Source: an uncultured delta proteobacterium (lineage in GTDB: Bacteria; Myxococcota; Myxococcia; Myxococcales; Myxococcaceae). From it: 64,000 nucleotides of DNA. Under the pieces are notes generated by a model that did no database searches, was not told where the DNA came from, and was given only the letters and a program-made list of their open reading frames with translations. Shown here piece by piece: positions 19,647-30,730 of this stretch; the stretch's first letter is position 1, and each line of letters starts with the position of its first letter. The position numbers and the translations under genes are program-made. Location of the stretch: positions 736,001 through 800,000 of the forward strand of contig CAVZMH010000016.1 in assembly GCA_963776345.1 (NCBI GenBank), given 5' to 3'.

Positions 19647-20411
19647 CTACCCCGCGGCGGCGACAATCGCCAGGAATTCCTGTGCCTTGAGGCTCGCTCC
19701 GCCCACCAGCGCGCCGTCGACGTCCGCCTGCCCGAGCAGCTCGGCGGCGTTGTCCGCCTTCACCGAGCCGCCGTAGAGCACCCGCACCGTCTCGCCCACC
19801 GGCCGGCCGAACAGCCGCACCAGCGCCTCGCGGATGTGCGCGTGGACCTCCTGCGCCTGAGACGGGGTCGCGTTCCGCCCGGTCCCGATGGCCCACACCG
19901 GCTCGTAGGCCAGCACCACGTGGCTCATCTCCTCGACCGCCACGCCGGCCAGGCTCCCGTGGAGCTGCGCGGACACCACCTCCAGCGTCCGCCCGGCGTC
20001 GCGCTCGGCCAGGGTCTCGCCGACACAGACCACCGGGCGCATCCCGGCGTGGAGCACCGCGCGCGTCTTCTTGTTCACCGAGGCATCCGTCTCCCCGAAG
20101 AGGTGCCGCCGCTCGGAGTGCCCGACGATCACCTGGGTGCAGCCCACCGCCTTCAGCATCCCCACCGAGATCTCCCCGGTGAACGCGCCCTGCGCCTCCC
20201 AGTGAACGTTCTGGGCGCCGAGCGCGATGCCGCTCCCATCGAGCGCACGCGCCGCGGCCTCCAGCGCGGTGAACGGGGGCGCCACCATCACCTCCGTGCG
20301 CCCCTGACCCAGGCCGTCGCGGAGCTGGTGGATCAGCTCCACCGCCTCGGCGCCCGTCCGGTGCATCTTCCAGTTGCCGGCCACCAGCGGCCGGCGGCGT
20401 GGCGAGGTCAT
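19647..20411 (-). CDS. tpiA: Triosephosphate isomerase
   Basis: [38 protein letters not shown]. Confidence 0.98.
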   Translation of the reverse strand: MTSPRRRPLVAGNWKMHRTGAEAVELIHQLRDGLGQGRTEVMVAPPFTALEAAARALDGSGIALGAQNVHWEAQGAFTGEISVGMLKAVGCTQVIVGHSERRHLFGETDASVNKKTRAVLHAGMRPVVCVGETLAERDAGRTLEVVSAQLHGSLAGVAVEEMSHVVLAYEPVWAIGTGRNATPSQAQEVHAHIREALVRLFGRPVGETVRVLYGGSVKADNAAELLGQADVDGALVGGASLKAQEFLAIVAAAG

Positions 20412-20424
20412 CGTACCTCCTCGC

Positions 20425-21612
20425 TCAGGACTCGAGCGCCTTCACCCCGGGCAGCTCCTTCCCCTCGAGGAATTCGAGCGAGGCGCCACCGCCGGTCGAC
20501 ACGTGAGACATCTTCTTGGCCAGCCCGAACTCGTGCACCGCCGCGGCGCTGTCCCCGCCGCCCACCACGGTCGTCGCGTCGCGCAGCCCGGCGATGGTCT
20601 CGGCCACCGCCCTGGTGCCGGCGGCGAACGCCGGGACCTCGAACAGCCCCATCGGCCCGTTCCAGAACACGGTGTGCGCCGGCCGGAGGTGCTCGGCGAA
20701 CAGCGCCCGCGTCCGGGGCCCGATGTCCAGCCCCATCAGCTCGGACGGGAGGGCCCGCTCCTTCACCTCGCGGATCGCCGCCTTCCCGGTCGGGTCGGCG
20801 CTGGCGATGTGATCGATCGGCAGCACCACCGCCTTGCCCAGACGGTCCGCCGCCTCGAGGGCCCGCTTCGCCACGTCCAGCTTGTCCGCCTCGACGCGGC
20901 TCTTCCCCACCTCCACGCCCTGGGCCCTGAGGAAGGTGTAGGCCATCGCCCCGCCCACGATCAGCGAGCTGACCCGCGGGAGCAGGCTCTCGATCACCTT
21001 GATCTTGTCCGAGACCTTCGCCCCCCCCAGCACCGCGACGTAGGGCATCGACGGCGACCGGAGGAGCTTCCCCAGGAACTCCAGCTCCTTCACCATCAGG
21101 TAGCCGGCGGCGCGCTCCTTCACCAAGGGCGCCATTCCCGCGGTCGAGGCGTGCGCGCGGTGCGCCGTGCCGAACGCGTCCATCACCCACACGTCCGCGT
21201 TCTCCGCCAGCGCCCGGGCGAAGGCCGGATCGTTCGCCTCCTCCTCCTTGTGGAAGCGCAGGTTCTCCAGCAGCACCACCTGGGTCGGCGTCTGGTCCTT
21301 CACCATCTTCCGCACGCCGTCGCCCACGCAGTCGTCGGCGAGCAGGACCTCGTGCGGCTTGCCCAGCAGCTCCGAGAGGACCCGCGCCGCGGGCTCGAGC
21401 GAGAGCTTGGGGTCCACGCCCTTCGGCCGGCCGAGGTGGGAGGCCACGATGAGCTTGCCGCCCATCTGCAGCACCCGCCGCAGCGTGGGCAGCGCCTCGC
21501 GGATCCGCGTGTCGTCGGTGACGCCGCCCTGCTCGTCCAGCGGGACGTTGAAGTCCACCCGGACGAAGACCCGCTTTCCGGTCAGCTGGAGATCGTCGAT
21601 GGAGCGGAACAT
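20425..21612 (-). CDS. pgk: Phosphoglycerate kinase
   Basis: [37 protein letters not shown]. Confidence 0.98.
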   Translation of the reverse strand: MFRSIDDLQLTGKRVFVRVDFNVPLDEQGGVTDDTRIREALPTLRRVLQMGGKLIVASHLGRPKGVDPKLSLEPAARVLSELLGKPHEVLLADDCVGDGVRKMVKDQTPTQVVLLENLRFHKEEEANDPAFARALAENADVWVMDAFGTAHRAHASTAGMAPLVKERAAGYLMVKELEFLGKLLRSPSMPYVAVLGGAKVSDKIKVIESLLPRVSSLIVGGAMAYTFLRAQGVEVGKSRVEADKLDVAKRALEAADRLGKAVVLPIDHIASADPTGKAAIREVKERALPSELMGLDIGPRTRALFAEHLRPAHTVFWNGPMGLFEVPAFAAGTRAVAETIAGLRDATTVVGGGDSAAAVHEFGLAKKMSHVSTGGGASLEFLEGKELPGVKALES

Positions 21613-21628
21613 GGCCCCTCCCCCGGGA

Positions 21629-22639
21629 CTAGCCCTTCGACAGGACGAGCTTGGTCAGGTCCACCATCCGGTTGCTGAAGCCCCACTCGTTGTCGTACCA
21701 GGCCATCACCTTGGCCAGGTTGCCCTCGATGACGAAGGTGTTGGTCCCGTCGACGATGGCCGAGTGGGGGTTGCCGTTGTAGTCCACCGAGACCGTCTGC
21801 GCCTCGCTGTACTCGAGCACGTTCTTCAGCGGGCCCTCGGCGGCCTTCCTGAACGCGGCGTTGATCTCCTCGGGGGTCGCCCTCTTCCCCAGGACCACCG
21901 TCAGGTCCACCAGGCTCACGTTGGGCGTGGGCACCCGGACGCTCACCCCGTGCATCTTGCCCTTGAGCGCCGGCAGCACATCGCCGATGGCCTTCGCCGC
22001 CCCGGTGCTGGTGGGGATCATCGACAGCGCCGCTGCCCGGGCCCGGCGCAGATCCTTGTGCGTCAGGTCGAGGATGCGCTGGTCGTTGGTGTAGCTGTGC
22101 ACCGTGGTCATCAGCCCCTTCTCGATGCCGAAGGTGTCGAGCAGCACCTTCGCCGTCGGGGCCAGGCAGTTGGTGGTGCACGAGGCGGCCGAGAGGATGT
22201 GATGCTTGGCCGGGTCGTACGCCTGGTGGTTCACCCCGAACGCCAGGGTGACGTCCGGGTTCTTCGCCGGCGCCGAGACGATGACCTTCTTCGCTCCGGC
22301 CGCCAGGTGATGGCTCGCGCCCTCGCGGTCGGCGAACCGGCCGGTGCATTCCAGCACCAGATCCACGCCCATCGCCTTCCACGGAAGCTTGGTCGGGTCC
22401 TTCTCGGCGGTGAAGGCGATGGTCCGCCCGTCCACGGTCATCGCCTTGTCGGTGGCCGAGACCTCGCCGGGGAAGGTGCGGTGCACCGAGTCGTACTTGA
22501 AGAGGTGGGCCATCGTCGCGGGCGCGTCCAGGTCGTTGATGGCGACGAACTCGATCTGCTCCTTCCGCGCCAGCGCCGCCCGGAGGATGCAGCGCCCGAT
22601 CCGCCCGAAACCGTTGATCGCGACTTTCATGGTGGCCAT
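21629..22639 (-). CDS. gap: Type I glyceraldehyde-3-phosphate dehydrogenase
   Basis: [29 protein letters not shown]. Confidence 0.98.
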   Translation of the reverse strand: MATMKVAINGFGRIGRCILRAALARKEQIEFVAINDLDAPATMAHLFKYDSVHRTFPGEVSATDKAMTVDGRTIAFTAEKDPTKLPWKAMGVDLVLECTGRFADREGASHHLAAGAKKVIVSAPAKNPDVTLAFGVNHQAYDPAKHHILSAASCTTNCLAPTAKVLLDTFGIEKGLMTTVHSYTNDQRILDLTHKDLRRARAAALSMIPTSTGAAKAIGDVLPALKGKMHGVSVRVPTPNVSLVDLTVVLGKRATPEEINAAFRKAAEGPLKNVLEYSEAQTVSVDYNGNPHSAIVDGTNTFVIEGNLAKVMAWYDNEWGFSNRMVDLTKLVLSKG

Positions 22640-22670
22640 GGGCGGTCCTCTAGGAGAAGCGAGACCGGAA

Positions 22671-22699
22671 TTCAACGCTCGCCGGGCGGCGCGTAGACT
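22671..22699 (+). promoter_or_regulatory. Putative sigma-70 promoter for the dgkA-like gene
   Basis: TTCAAC-N17-TAGACT. Confidence 0.35.
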
Positions 22700-22743
22700 G
22701 CTTCCTTGCCCCGGTCGGCCTCTGTGCCGTTCCGCCCTCGCCG

Positions 22744-23442
22744 ATGACCGCTCCCGCCCCCGTCCCTCTCCGGAAGCCGCCCTACCCACCCCGGAGGGGA
22801 GGCGGCTTCTGGTCCTCGGCGCGGCACGCCTGGAACGGCCTGGTCCATACGGTGGTGCACCAGCCCAACATGAAGGTGCACGTCGTCTCGGCCATCCTGG
22901 TCTCGCTGGTGGGCAGCGGACTGCCGCTGGGCCTGGCGGAAAAAGTCACGCTCATCTTCTGCGTGCTGCTGGTCTTCTTCGCCGAGATCCTCAACAGCGC
23001 GCTGGAGACCCTGGTGGACCTGGCCACGCAGGAGCTCGACGAGAAGGCCCGGGTCACGAAGGACGCAGCCGCCGCCGCGGTACTGGTCTTGTCCATCGGC
23101 TCGGCGGTCATCTTCGCCGCGCTCGTGGTGCACAACTGGGGCACCGTGGTGGCCAACGTCCCCCGCATCGAGCGGCAGGTGCTGTTCGGGCTCCCCCTGG
23201 CCGGATGCGCGGCTCTTCTGATGAACGACCGCCCTCGTCCCTGGGCGCAGGACGGGCTGGCCTTCGCCGCGGGGCTGGTCCTCGCGGGCGCGCTCGCGAC
23301 CTGGACCACCAGCGCTGTCTTCAGCGCGATGACGGTGGGGCTCCTGGTCCTGGCGGTGGCGGCGGCCCGGGAGCGGGCCAGGGCGCGCGCGGCCGCGGGG
23401 AACAGCGGAACCCGGGCAACAAAAAACCCTGCGGCCACGTGA
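22744..23442 (+). CDS. DgkA-family diacylglycerol/undecaprenol kinase with extra C-terminal TM helices
   Basis: [35 protein letters not shown]. Confidence 0.85.
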   Translation: MTAPAPVPLRKPPYPPRRGGGFWSSARHAWNGLVHTVVHQPNMKVHVVSAILVSLVGSGLPLGLAEKVTLIFCVLLVFFAEILNSALETLVDLATQELDEKARVTKDAAAAAVLVLSIGSAVIFAALVVHNWGTVVANVPRIERQVLFGLPLAGCAALLMNDRPRPWAQDGLAFAAGLVLAGALATWTTSAVFSAMTVGLLVLAVAAARERARARAAAGNSGTRATKNPAAT

Positions 23443-23567
23443 AGGCTGCAGGGTCACTCCGAAAACTGCTTCCGCTCGCCCGGGCCTTGGCCCCGGAACC
23501 CGTCCGGAACGCTCGCGTCCGGTCGAGGGAAACGCCACAAGTGTAACGCAGCGCCCGCCGATGTCTA

Positions 23568-23651
23568 GGTCAGGGCGGCCGCAGCCGAGGTCCGCGTCAG
23601 GGTGAGGTCAGGCGGGCTGCAGTCGGCGGGGTCAGGGCGGCCGCAGTCAGG
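23568..23651. repeat. Cluster of short direct repeats (GGTCAGGGCGGCCGCAG twice, one variant, GTCAGG partials)
   Basis: Copies at 23568 and 23630, variant GGTCAGGCGGGCTGCAG at 23606, partials at 23596 and 23646. Confidence 0.7.
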
Positions 23652-23849
23652 CTAGGCGGCCGGGCGGCTTTCCTCCGCGTCGACCGGGCTGGCAGGCGCG
23701 GTCTTGTCCGCGTCCCGGATGTCCGTGGCGACCAGGTCGATCAGCTCCGTCGCCACTGCAATCACTTGCGTCGGGGTGTAACCGCTCGAACGCAGCTGAT
23801 TGAAGAAGGTGCGTGCGAGGATCTTGGTCGCCTTGGCGTCGGTGCTCAC
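23652..23849 (-). CDS. Small hypothetical protein (about 65 aa)
   Basis: GTG start; amphipathic KILARTFFNQLRSSGYTPTQVIAVATELIDLV; coding-like codon use. Confidence 0.7.
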   Translation of the reverse strand: MSTDAKATKILARTFFNQLRSSGYTPTQVIAVATELIDLVATDIRDADKTAPASPVDAEESRPAA

Positions 23850-23863
23850 GGGAGGGTGCAAGC

Positions 23864-23879
23864 TGCCACACCCGTGCCA
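23864..23879 (-). promoter_or_regulatory. Putative sigma-54 promoter
   Basis: Minus-strand TGGCACGGGTGTGGCA with correct GG(-24)/GC(-12) spacing, just upstream of GTG 23849. Confidence 0.4.
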
Positions 23880-24028
23880 CCCCACACCAGCATTGTAACC
23901 ATATGAAACGACTGACGATGTGTTCCTGACAAGGACTGTCGGGGTGCGAAGGACACTGCGCACTGCCAACTGGGTGCGCCGGACCCCGGAGATTGCGTCC
24001 ATCCACCTTGGCCCCTAACACCTGAGGC

Positions 24029-25624
24029 TTGCCCTACCGGATTCACAACATCCCTCTCTGGCTCGGCGAGCCGGAGACGCTGCTCCGCCGCCGGGCGGCC
24101 GAGTCGCTCGGTATCCGCCCCGAGGACCTGGCCACGGTTCGGGCGGTCCGCTCGGTGCTGGACGCGCGGAAGAAGGGCTCGCCCCGGACCATCCACACCG
24201 TGGAGGTGACGTTCGCCGAGGGGCGCGCCCCGGCCCGGCTCCCCCCTGGGGTCACCGAGACCGAGCCCGCGCCCCCGCCCCCGCCGATGGTCCGCCCTCC
24301 CGAGCGGCGGCCGATCATCGTGGGGACCGGGCCGGCGGGCCTGTTCTGCGCGCTGGGGCTGCTCGAGCGCGGCGTCCCGTCGGTTCTCCTGGAGCGCGGG
24401 CGCGAGGTGGTGCAGCGGCGCAAGGACGTGGCCCGGCTGATGCGCGACGGGAGCCTCGACCCCGAGAGCAACATGAACTTCGGCGAGGGTGGCGCTGGCG
24501 CCTACACCGACGGGAAGCTCAGCACCCGCATCAACCACCCGCTGGTCCGCAAAGTCATCGAGACGTTCGCCCGCTACGGCGCGCCGGACCGCATCCTCGT
24601 CGACGGCAAGCCGCACATCGGCTCGGACCTCCTCCCCTTCGCGGTGGCCCGCCTCCGGGAAGAGCTCGTGGCCGGCGGCTGCGAGGTCCGCTTCGAGTCG
24701 CGGGTCGACGACGTGCTCTCGACCGACGGCCGCGCCTCGGGCGTCCTGCTCGCCGACGGCACGCGGCTGGACTCGGACCGGGTGGTGCTCGCGCCGGGGA
24801 ACAGCGCCCGCGAGCTCTTCGAGCGCTTCGCCAAGGGCGGCCGCATCGCCATCGAGGCCAAGCCGTTCGCCATCGGCTTCCGGGCCGAGCATCCGCAGGG
24901 CCTCATCGATTCCATCCAGTACGGCCCGGCCTCGCAGCACCCCGAGCTGCCGCCCGCCGACTACAAGCTGGCCGAGAACCTCGAGACCGGCGGCGAGATG
25001 CGCGGGGTGTACTCGTTCTGCATGTGCCCGGGCGGCATCGTGGTGCCCACGCCCACCGAGGACGGGATGCAGTGCACCAACGGGATGAGCAACAGCCGGC
25101 GCAACGCTCGCTACGCCAACGCCGGCATCGTGGTCTCGGTCTCGCCCGCGGACTTCGCCCGCGCCGGCTTCCACGGACCGCTCGCCGGCCTCGAGTTCCA
25201 GCGGCACTGGGAGCATGAGGCGTACGCGCTCGGCGGCGGCCACTTCTTCGCCCCGGCGCAGACCATCCCCGACTACCTCGCCGGCCGGAAGGGCACGCCG
25301 CCCGGCGGCACCAGCTACCGCCCCGGGCTCACCCACGCCGACCTGAACCCGCTCTTCCCCCCGGAGCTGACCGCGGCCATCAAGGCGGCGCTCCGCCGGT
25401 TCGACCAGAAGATGCGCGGCTTCGTCAGCGCCGAGGGGAAGCTCATCGGCATCGAGAGCCGGACCAGCTCGCCGGTGCGACTCCCGCGGGACGAGGCGCT
25501 GCAGTCGGTCTCCCTCCGGGGCCTCTACCCTTCGGGCGAGGGATGCGGGTATGCCGGGGGTATCGTGAGCTCCGCCATCGACGGGCTGCGCATCGCCGAG
25601 CAGATCGCCAGGGAGCTCGGGTGA
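24029..25624 (+). CDS. Uncharacterised FAD-dependent oxidoreductase (COG2509-like)
   Basis: IIVGTGPAG, FGEGGAGAYTDGKL, KPHIGSD, FCMCPGG, GEGCGYAGGIVSSAIDG. Confidence 0.9.
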   Translation: MPYRIHNIPLWLGEPETLLRRRAAESLGIRPEDLATVRAVRSVLDARKKGSPRTIHTVEVTFAEGRAPARLPPGVTETEPAPPPPPMVRPPERRPIIVGTGPAGLFCALGLLERGVPSVLLERGREVVQRRKDVARLMRDGSLDPESNMNFGEGGAGAYTDGKLSTRINHPLVRKVIETFARYGAPDRILVDGKPHIGSDLLPFAVARLREELVAGGCEVRFESRVDDVLSTDGRASGVLLADGTRLDSDRVVLAPGNSARELFERFAKGGRIAIEAKPFAIGFRAEHPQGLIDSIQYGPASQHPELPPADYKLAENLETGGEMRGVYSFCMCPGGIVVPTPTEDGMQCTNGMSNSRRNARYANAGIVVSVSPADFARAGFHGPLAGLEFQRHWEHEAYALGGGHFFAPAQTIPDYLAGRKGTPPGGTSYRPGLTHADLNPLFPPELTAAIKAALRRFDQKMRGFVSAEGKLIGIESRTSSPVRLPRDEALQSVSLRGLYPSGEGCGYAGGIVSSAIDGLRIAEQIARELG

Positions 25625-26007
25625 ACTACCGCGTGCGCACCGCCGACGGGGAGCTGGAGTTCGCCTCGCTGTACGAGATCTCCAACGCGCTCCGGCATGG
25701 GCTGGTGGAGGGCGAGGACGAGCTGCTGGCCCCGGGGCAGACCACCTGGGTGCGGGTCGCGGACCACTCGGCGCTGAAGGCCCACGTCCGGCCCGCGCGG
25801 ACGCTCCGGCCGGCGAGCGTCCTCGGGGGGCTCGAGCTCGGGGCCACGCTCGCCTCGGCGCTGGTGGCGGTCACCGGCATCTTCTCTCGCTGGAGCTACT
25901 GGGTGGTGGGGGGCGCGCTCCTGGTCGCGGTGTGGCTCTCGACCCGCCTCGCGTTGCGCGCCGCGCGGATGCGCTCCTCGAACCGGGTAGACTCCCGGCG
26001 TCGATGA
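25621..26007 (+). CDS. Hypothetical membrane protein
   Basis: GTG overlaps the upstream stop; soluble N-domain followed by two TM helices. Confidence 0.65.
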   Translation: MNYRVRTADGELEFASLYEISNALRHGLVEGEDELLAPGQTTWVRVADHSALKAHVRPARTLRPASVLGGLELGATLASALVAVTGIFSRWSYWVVGGALLVAVWLSTRLALRAARMRSSNRVDSRRR

Positions 26008-26633
26008 GCCGCCGTCTCCGCTCCGCCGCCCTGGTCCTGGCGCTCCACGCCGCCGCCGCGCGCGCGGACGACGTCTACGTGTGGACCGACGCCTGGGGTG
26101 AGACGCACTACACCAACGACACCGCGAGCATCCCCGAGAAGTCGCGCCGCACCGTCCGGAAGCTCGAGGGAGGCACCCCGGACGCGGTCGAGCCGCGCAG
26201 CGCGACGGCCAAGGCCGAGGACGGCAGCAAGCCGGCCAAGGCGGCCGAGGGAGACGCCTCGAAGGAGCCACGCCCCTCCGGGGAGCCCGCGCAGCCCCCG
26301 CCCCCCGAGCCCATCGAGGAGACCCTCCATGCTCCGCGCGCCGACGAGCAGGTCTCGGAGGAGCAGTGGCGGACGATGTTCCGCAAGGCCAACGGACGGG
26401 TGAAGCGCGCCGAGCGCAAGGCGCAGCAGAGCCGGGAGGCGCTGGCGAAGCTGCCCGGCCAGGACATCACCACCTACGACATCGCGGGGAACGTGGTCAT
26501 CGAGAGCCGCTACCAGTCGCTCCGGGTCCAGCTGGACGAGGACGAGTACCAGCTCGAGCAGGCCCGCGAGCAGCTGCACGACCTCGAGCGCGCGGCGGCC
26601 CGCGAGGCCGTTCCGCTCGAGTGGCGCAGGTGA
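26004..26633 (+). CDS. DUF4124 domain secreted protein
   Basis: Signal peptide, VYVWTDAWGETHYTND..IP, coiled-coil C-terminus ending VPLEWR. Confidence 0.8.
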   Translation: MSRRLRSAALVLALHAAAARADDVYVWTDAWGETHYTNDTASIPEKSRRTVRKLEGGTPDAVEPRSATAKAEDGSKPAKAAEGDASKEPRPSGEPAQPPPPEPIEETLHAPRADEQVSEEQWRTMFRKANGRVKRAERKAQQSREALAKLPGQDITTYDIAGNVVIESRYQSLRVQLDEDEYQLEQAREQLHDLERAAAREAVPLEWRR

Positions 26634-26637
26634 GCCG

Positions 26638-27366
26638 CTAGTTCCAGAGGCCGCGCGGGGGGCGGGCGGTCCAGTCCCGGCGGGGCCGCGCCGCCTCGCC
26701 CTTCCGGAGGAGCACGCAGAGCGCCATCCCCACCACGAAGCCGCCGATGTGCGCCCACCAGGCGACGCCCGCCGCCGCGCCTGCCGCCGGTGAGAGGGCG
26801 GCCGCACCGTTCGCCAGCTGCGAGAGGAACCAGACGCCGAGGAACACCACCGCCGGGAGCTCGACCAGGAAGAGGAACACCAGCGTCAGCACCCGGGCGC
26901 CCGGGTAGAGCACCAGGTAGGCGCCGAGCACGCCGGCGATCGCCCCGGAGGCGCCGATGGCGGGCATCTGCGAGCCGGGACTCACCCAGCCCTGCACCAG
27001 CATCGAACAGGCGCCGCACAGCAGGTAGAACACGAGGAAGCGCAGGTGCCCGAGGCGATCCTCGACGTTGTCGCCGAAGACGCCCAGGAACCACATGTTC
27101 CCGATGATGTGCGCCCAGCCGCCGTGGAGGAAGTTCGCGGTGAGCAGCGGCAGGAAGCGCCAGGCGTCCAGCGTCGTCCCGCCGCGCATCTCCCATCCGA
27201 AGAAGCGGCGGGGGACGAAGCCGAGCACCTCGATGACCGGATCCAGCTGCCCCGCCCTGAGCAGCGTCAGCTCCCAGAGGAAGACCAGGACGTTGACGAC
27301 GATGATCACCGCCACCACCGCCGGCCAGGTGCTGGATCGTGGGCTGTCTCGGAGCGGGAAGATCAA
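26638..27366 (-). CDS. Rhomboid family intramembrane serine protease
   Basis: FLHGGWAHIIGNM, GASG, AHIGG. Confidence 0.95.
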   Translation of the reverse strand: MIFPLRDSPRSSTWPAVVAVIIVVNVLVFLWELTLLRAGQLDPVIEVLGFVPRRFFGWEMRGGTTLDAWRFLPLLTANFLHGGWAHIIGNMWFLGVFGDNVEDRLGHLRFLVFYLLCGACSMLVQGWVSPGSQMPAIGASGAIAGVLGAYLVLYPGARVLTLVFLFLVELPAVVFLGVWFLSQLANGAAALSPAAGAAAGVAWWAHIGGFVVGMALCVLLRKGEAARPRRDWTARPPRGLWN

Positions 27367-27428
27367 CCGGCCACTCTCCTAACCCGGGCAGGCCCACCGG
27401 GTCCACGGTCTGGTAGGGTCCGCCGCCC

Positions 27429-28739
27429 GTGACTCCGACCGACGTCAATTCCAGCGAGACAGCGCCCGGCGACGAGGTGGTGCGCAAGACGTACGTGCGC
27501 GACCTGCGCGACAAGCAGCCGGTCCACACCGTGTTCAAGGTCACCCGGAAGGCGCGCGTCACCGCGCGGAGCGGCAAGACCTTCCTGGTGGTGGGGCTCG
27601 GAGACCGGACCGGCGAGGTGGACGCCCGGGTGTTCGAGCGCGTGGAGGCGCTCGAGCCCGCGTTCGAGGCCGGCGACATGGTGCTGGTTCGCGGACACGT
27701 CACCCACTTCCAGGGCAAACCTCAGATCTTGCTCGAGTCGGTGGACCGGCTGGACCCCGAGCCCATCGACCCCGCCGAGTTCGAGGTCCCGGCGCCTCCG
27801 CCGGCCCCCACGCCCGCACCGCCCCAGGCGCATGGCTCCGCAGCAGGACCGGTCCGCCCCACCCACGAGTCGCCGCGACCCGCGTCCGACGGCCCCCGGG
27901 CGGTGGCGCAGATCCGCGAGCTGGTGGAGCGCGTGGGCGATCCGCACGTGAAGGCGCTGCTCCTCGCCTTCCTCGACGACCCGCTCGTGGCCCAGCGGCT
28001 CCCGTCCGCGCCCGCGGCGAAGGGCATCCACCACGCGCACCGCGGCGGGCTGGCGGAGCACATCCTCTCGGTGATGCGGCTCGGCCACCGGGTGGCGGAG
28101 CATTACCCGGTGCTCGACCGCGATCTGGTCACCGCCGGCGCGCTGCTCCACGACATCGGCAAGATCCAGGAGCTGGCCTGGGACGGCGGGAACACCCGCT
28201 ACACCGACGAGGGGCGTCTGGTCGGTCACCTGGTTCTCACCGCGCAAGCCATCCGGGAGAAGGCGGCGCGCATCCCGGGCTTCCCCCCGCTGCTCGAGGC
28301 CCACGTCACGCACCTGGTCCTCGCCCACCACGGACACCTCGAGTACGGCTCGCCCAAGGTGCCGATGACGCTGGAGGCCTACGTCGTCCACGCCATCGAC
28401 TCGCTGGACTCGCGCATCGACAGCTGGCTGGACCTCATGGCCCGCGATCCCGGGGAGACCTGGACCGAGCAGACCAAGCTCTACGAGCGGCACCTCTGGA
28501 AGGGGCCGGCGCCGACCGCGCGGGGCCGCTCGCCGGTGGAGGGGCGGGGCCGGCGTGCCGAGAAGCGCAAGCGCCCGCGCACCGGAACTCCTCCCTCGAC
28601 GCCCGCGGCCCCTCCCGCCGCGCCGAGGCTCAGCTTCAAGCCGCTGGACGCACTCACCAGCGAGGCGCCTCCCGTTGCCCCGGCCGCTCCATCCGAGTCG
28701 GCCGAGACCCCGGTTCCTGAGCGACCTCCCGAGGAATGA
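27429..28739 (+). CDS. YhaM/Cbf1-like 3'-5' exoribonuclease (OB fold + HD)
   Basis: LGDRTGEVDA OB fold; PAAKGIHHA..GGLAEH, LLHDIGK, AHHG.LEYGSP. Confidence 0.9.
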   Translation: MTPTDVNSSETAPGDEVVRKTYVRDLRDKQPVHTVFKVTRKARVTARSGKTFLVVGLGDRTGEVDARVFERVEALEPAFEAGDMVLVRGHVTHFQGKPQILLESVDRLDPEPIDPAEFEVPAPPPAPTPAPPQAHGSAAGPVRPTHESPRPASDGPRAVAQIRELVERVGDPHVKALLLAFLDDPLVAQRLPSAPAAKGIHHAHRGGLAEHILSVMRLGHRVAEHYPVLDRDLVTAGALLHDIGKIQELAWDGGNTRYTDEGRLVGHLVLTAQAIREKAARIPGFPPLLEAHVTHLVLAHHGHLEYGSPKVPMTLEAYVVHAIDSLDSRIDSWLDLMARDPGETWTEQTKLYERHLWKGPAPTARGRSPVEGRGRRAEKRKRPRTGTPPSTPAAPPAAPRLSFKPLDALTSEAPPVAPAAPSESAETPVPERPPEE

Positions 28740-28803
28740 ACGAAACCAGGGGGCGGCAATTCTCCTCCCGGGCTGGATCCGGCAGAATTCCTGACGGTCA
28801 GGA

Positions 28804-30730
28804 ATGAGCCCCAAGCTCGGAGATCGCCTCGTCGCGGCCGGCCTCGTGTCACGCGAGGCCGTGGAGCAGGCGCTGGAGCAGCAGCGCCTGACAGGCCACC
28901 GCCTCGGCGACTCGCTCGTCGAGATGGGGCTGCTCGGTGAGGCCGCGCTCCTGCGTTTCCTCGCCTCCGAGCTGAAGACCCGCTACGTGTCGGCGGAGAA
29001 GCTGGCCCGGGCGCAGATCCCGAGCGAGCTGCTGGATCGGGTCCCCGTGCGGCTCGCCGAGGCCCACCACTTCCTGCCCCTGGCGGTGGACGACGAGCGG
29101 CGCATCCTCTCCATCGTCGCCGCCGAACCCCAGAACGAGAAGCTCCTGCGCGACGTGGCGACCATCGCCGACGTGGACGAGGTCTACGCCTACATCGCCC
29201 TGCGGAGCGTGGTGCGCGCCGGCATCCAGAAGCACTACTACGCCGACACCACCGCCTTCGCCTCGCTGACCTCGGGCCCACGGGCGAGCCGGGCCGACCT
29301 CGCGGGCATCGCCGCGGCCTACGAGTCGGCGGGGAGCAGCAAGCACCTCGCGCCGCCGGTGCCGCTCCGGATCCGGGGCGAGAGCAGCCAGGCCCGCACG
29401 CCGGCGGCCCGCGTCAGCCGGCCCACCACCGGCGAGAGCGGCCTGGTCGCCTCGCGCGGCGCGGTGGGCGAGACCGACTACCTCGAGACCCTGCGGGTGC
29501 TGGTGGACCAGCTCGAGCGGAGCCGTGGCGAGATGCGGGGCCACTCGGCGCAGCTGGCGCGGCAGGCCTCGCTGGTGGCAATGCGGCTGGCGCTCCCGGG
29601 CCGCGAGGTGTCCTGCGTGGCGCTGGCCGCATTCCTCCACGACCTGGGCAAGGGCCCCCTGCACCTGACGCTCGCCGGCACGGCCCGGAACCCCGAGTGG
29701 AAGGCCGAGGCGAAGAAGGTGGCCCTCGCGCCGGTGCAGATGTTCGAGTCGGTGCACCTCCCCGCGCAGGTGGGCGGGGCGCTGGCCCAGCTCTACGAGG
29801 CCTGGGACGGCTCGGGCACGCCGCAGGGCGCGCGCGGGGAGGACATCGCCATCGGGGCGCGCATCCTCGCCGCGGTGGACAGCTGGCTCGACCTCACCCG
29901 GAACCCCGGGAACGCCTTCGGCCGGCTCTTCACCCGCGAGCAGGCGCTCAGCTTCATGGCCGAGCAGGCCGGGAAGCTCTTCGACCCGCGGGTGGTGGAG
30001 ATGCTCGAGCTGCTCCACTCGGGCGAGCTCCTGCGCCGGCGCCTGGAGAGCGACGGGCGGCAGGTGCTGGTCGCCGACCCCGAGCCGGCCCGCCGGGACG
30101 CGGTGGTGCACGCGCTGGGCCGGAAGGGGCTGGTGGTCCAGGCGACCAGCACGCTGGAGGGCGCGGTGGAGGCCGCGCCGGGCTCGGACCTGTGGCTGTT
30201 CTCGGTCGCCCTGGGTCTCCCGGAGGTGGCGGCGGCGGCGGTGGAGCTCCGTTCGGATCCGCGGCTGGCAGGGACGCCGCTGCTGGTTCACGGGCCGGTG
30301 GACGAGGCCGGCTCGGAGCGCCTGCTCCAGTCGGGCGACCACCGCGCTGCTCGGGATGGGCGAGCCGGCCGACGTGGCGGCGCGGGTCCTCGACGCCGTG
30401 CAGGAGCGCATCGGCAACGGTGCACCGGCGCGGGTGGTGCAGGGGACCGCGGACGAGCTGCCGCCCCGGGACGTGCTGCGGATCCTCGGCGGCGGCCGGA
30501 AGTCCGGCCGGCTGGCGCTCCGCGCCGAGGGTAGCGAGGGCCTCTTGCAGTTCGAGCGAGGCCGCGTGGTGTGGGCCGGCGCCGGGCAGGCGCGCGGCGA
30601 GGAGGCCCTCACGCAGATCCTGAAGGCCCGGGCGACGGAGTTCGTCTACGATCCGGACGCCCTCCTGATGGAGCTGCCCCACCTGGACACGGACCTCGAG
30701 CTGGTGGTGCGGGCGCTCGAGCCCGCGTGA
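28804..30730 (+). CDS. MshEN + degenerate HD-GYP + REC-like + DUF4388 signalling protein, frameshift near 30335
   Basis: KLGDRLVAAGL..ALEQQ..RLGDSLVEMG (MshEN); HDLGK, EAWDGSGTP, ARILAAVD, FDP; DUF4388-like KSGRLAL..FERGRVVWA in the shifted frame. Confidence 0.8.

Noticed and set aside
23568..23651. Mini CRISPR array
   Set aside because: Repeats are 17 nt with irregular 7-21 nt spacers, and there are no cas genes.
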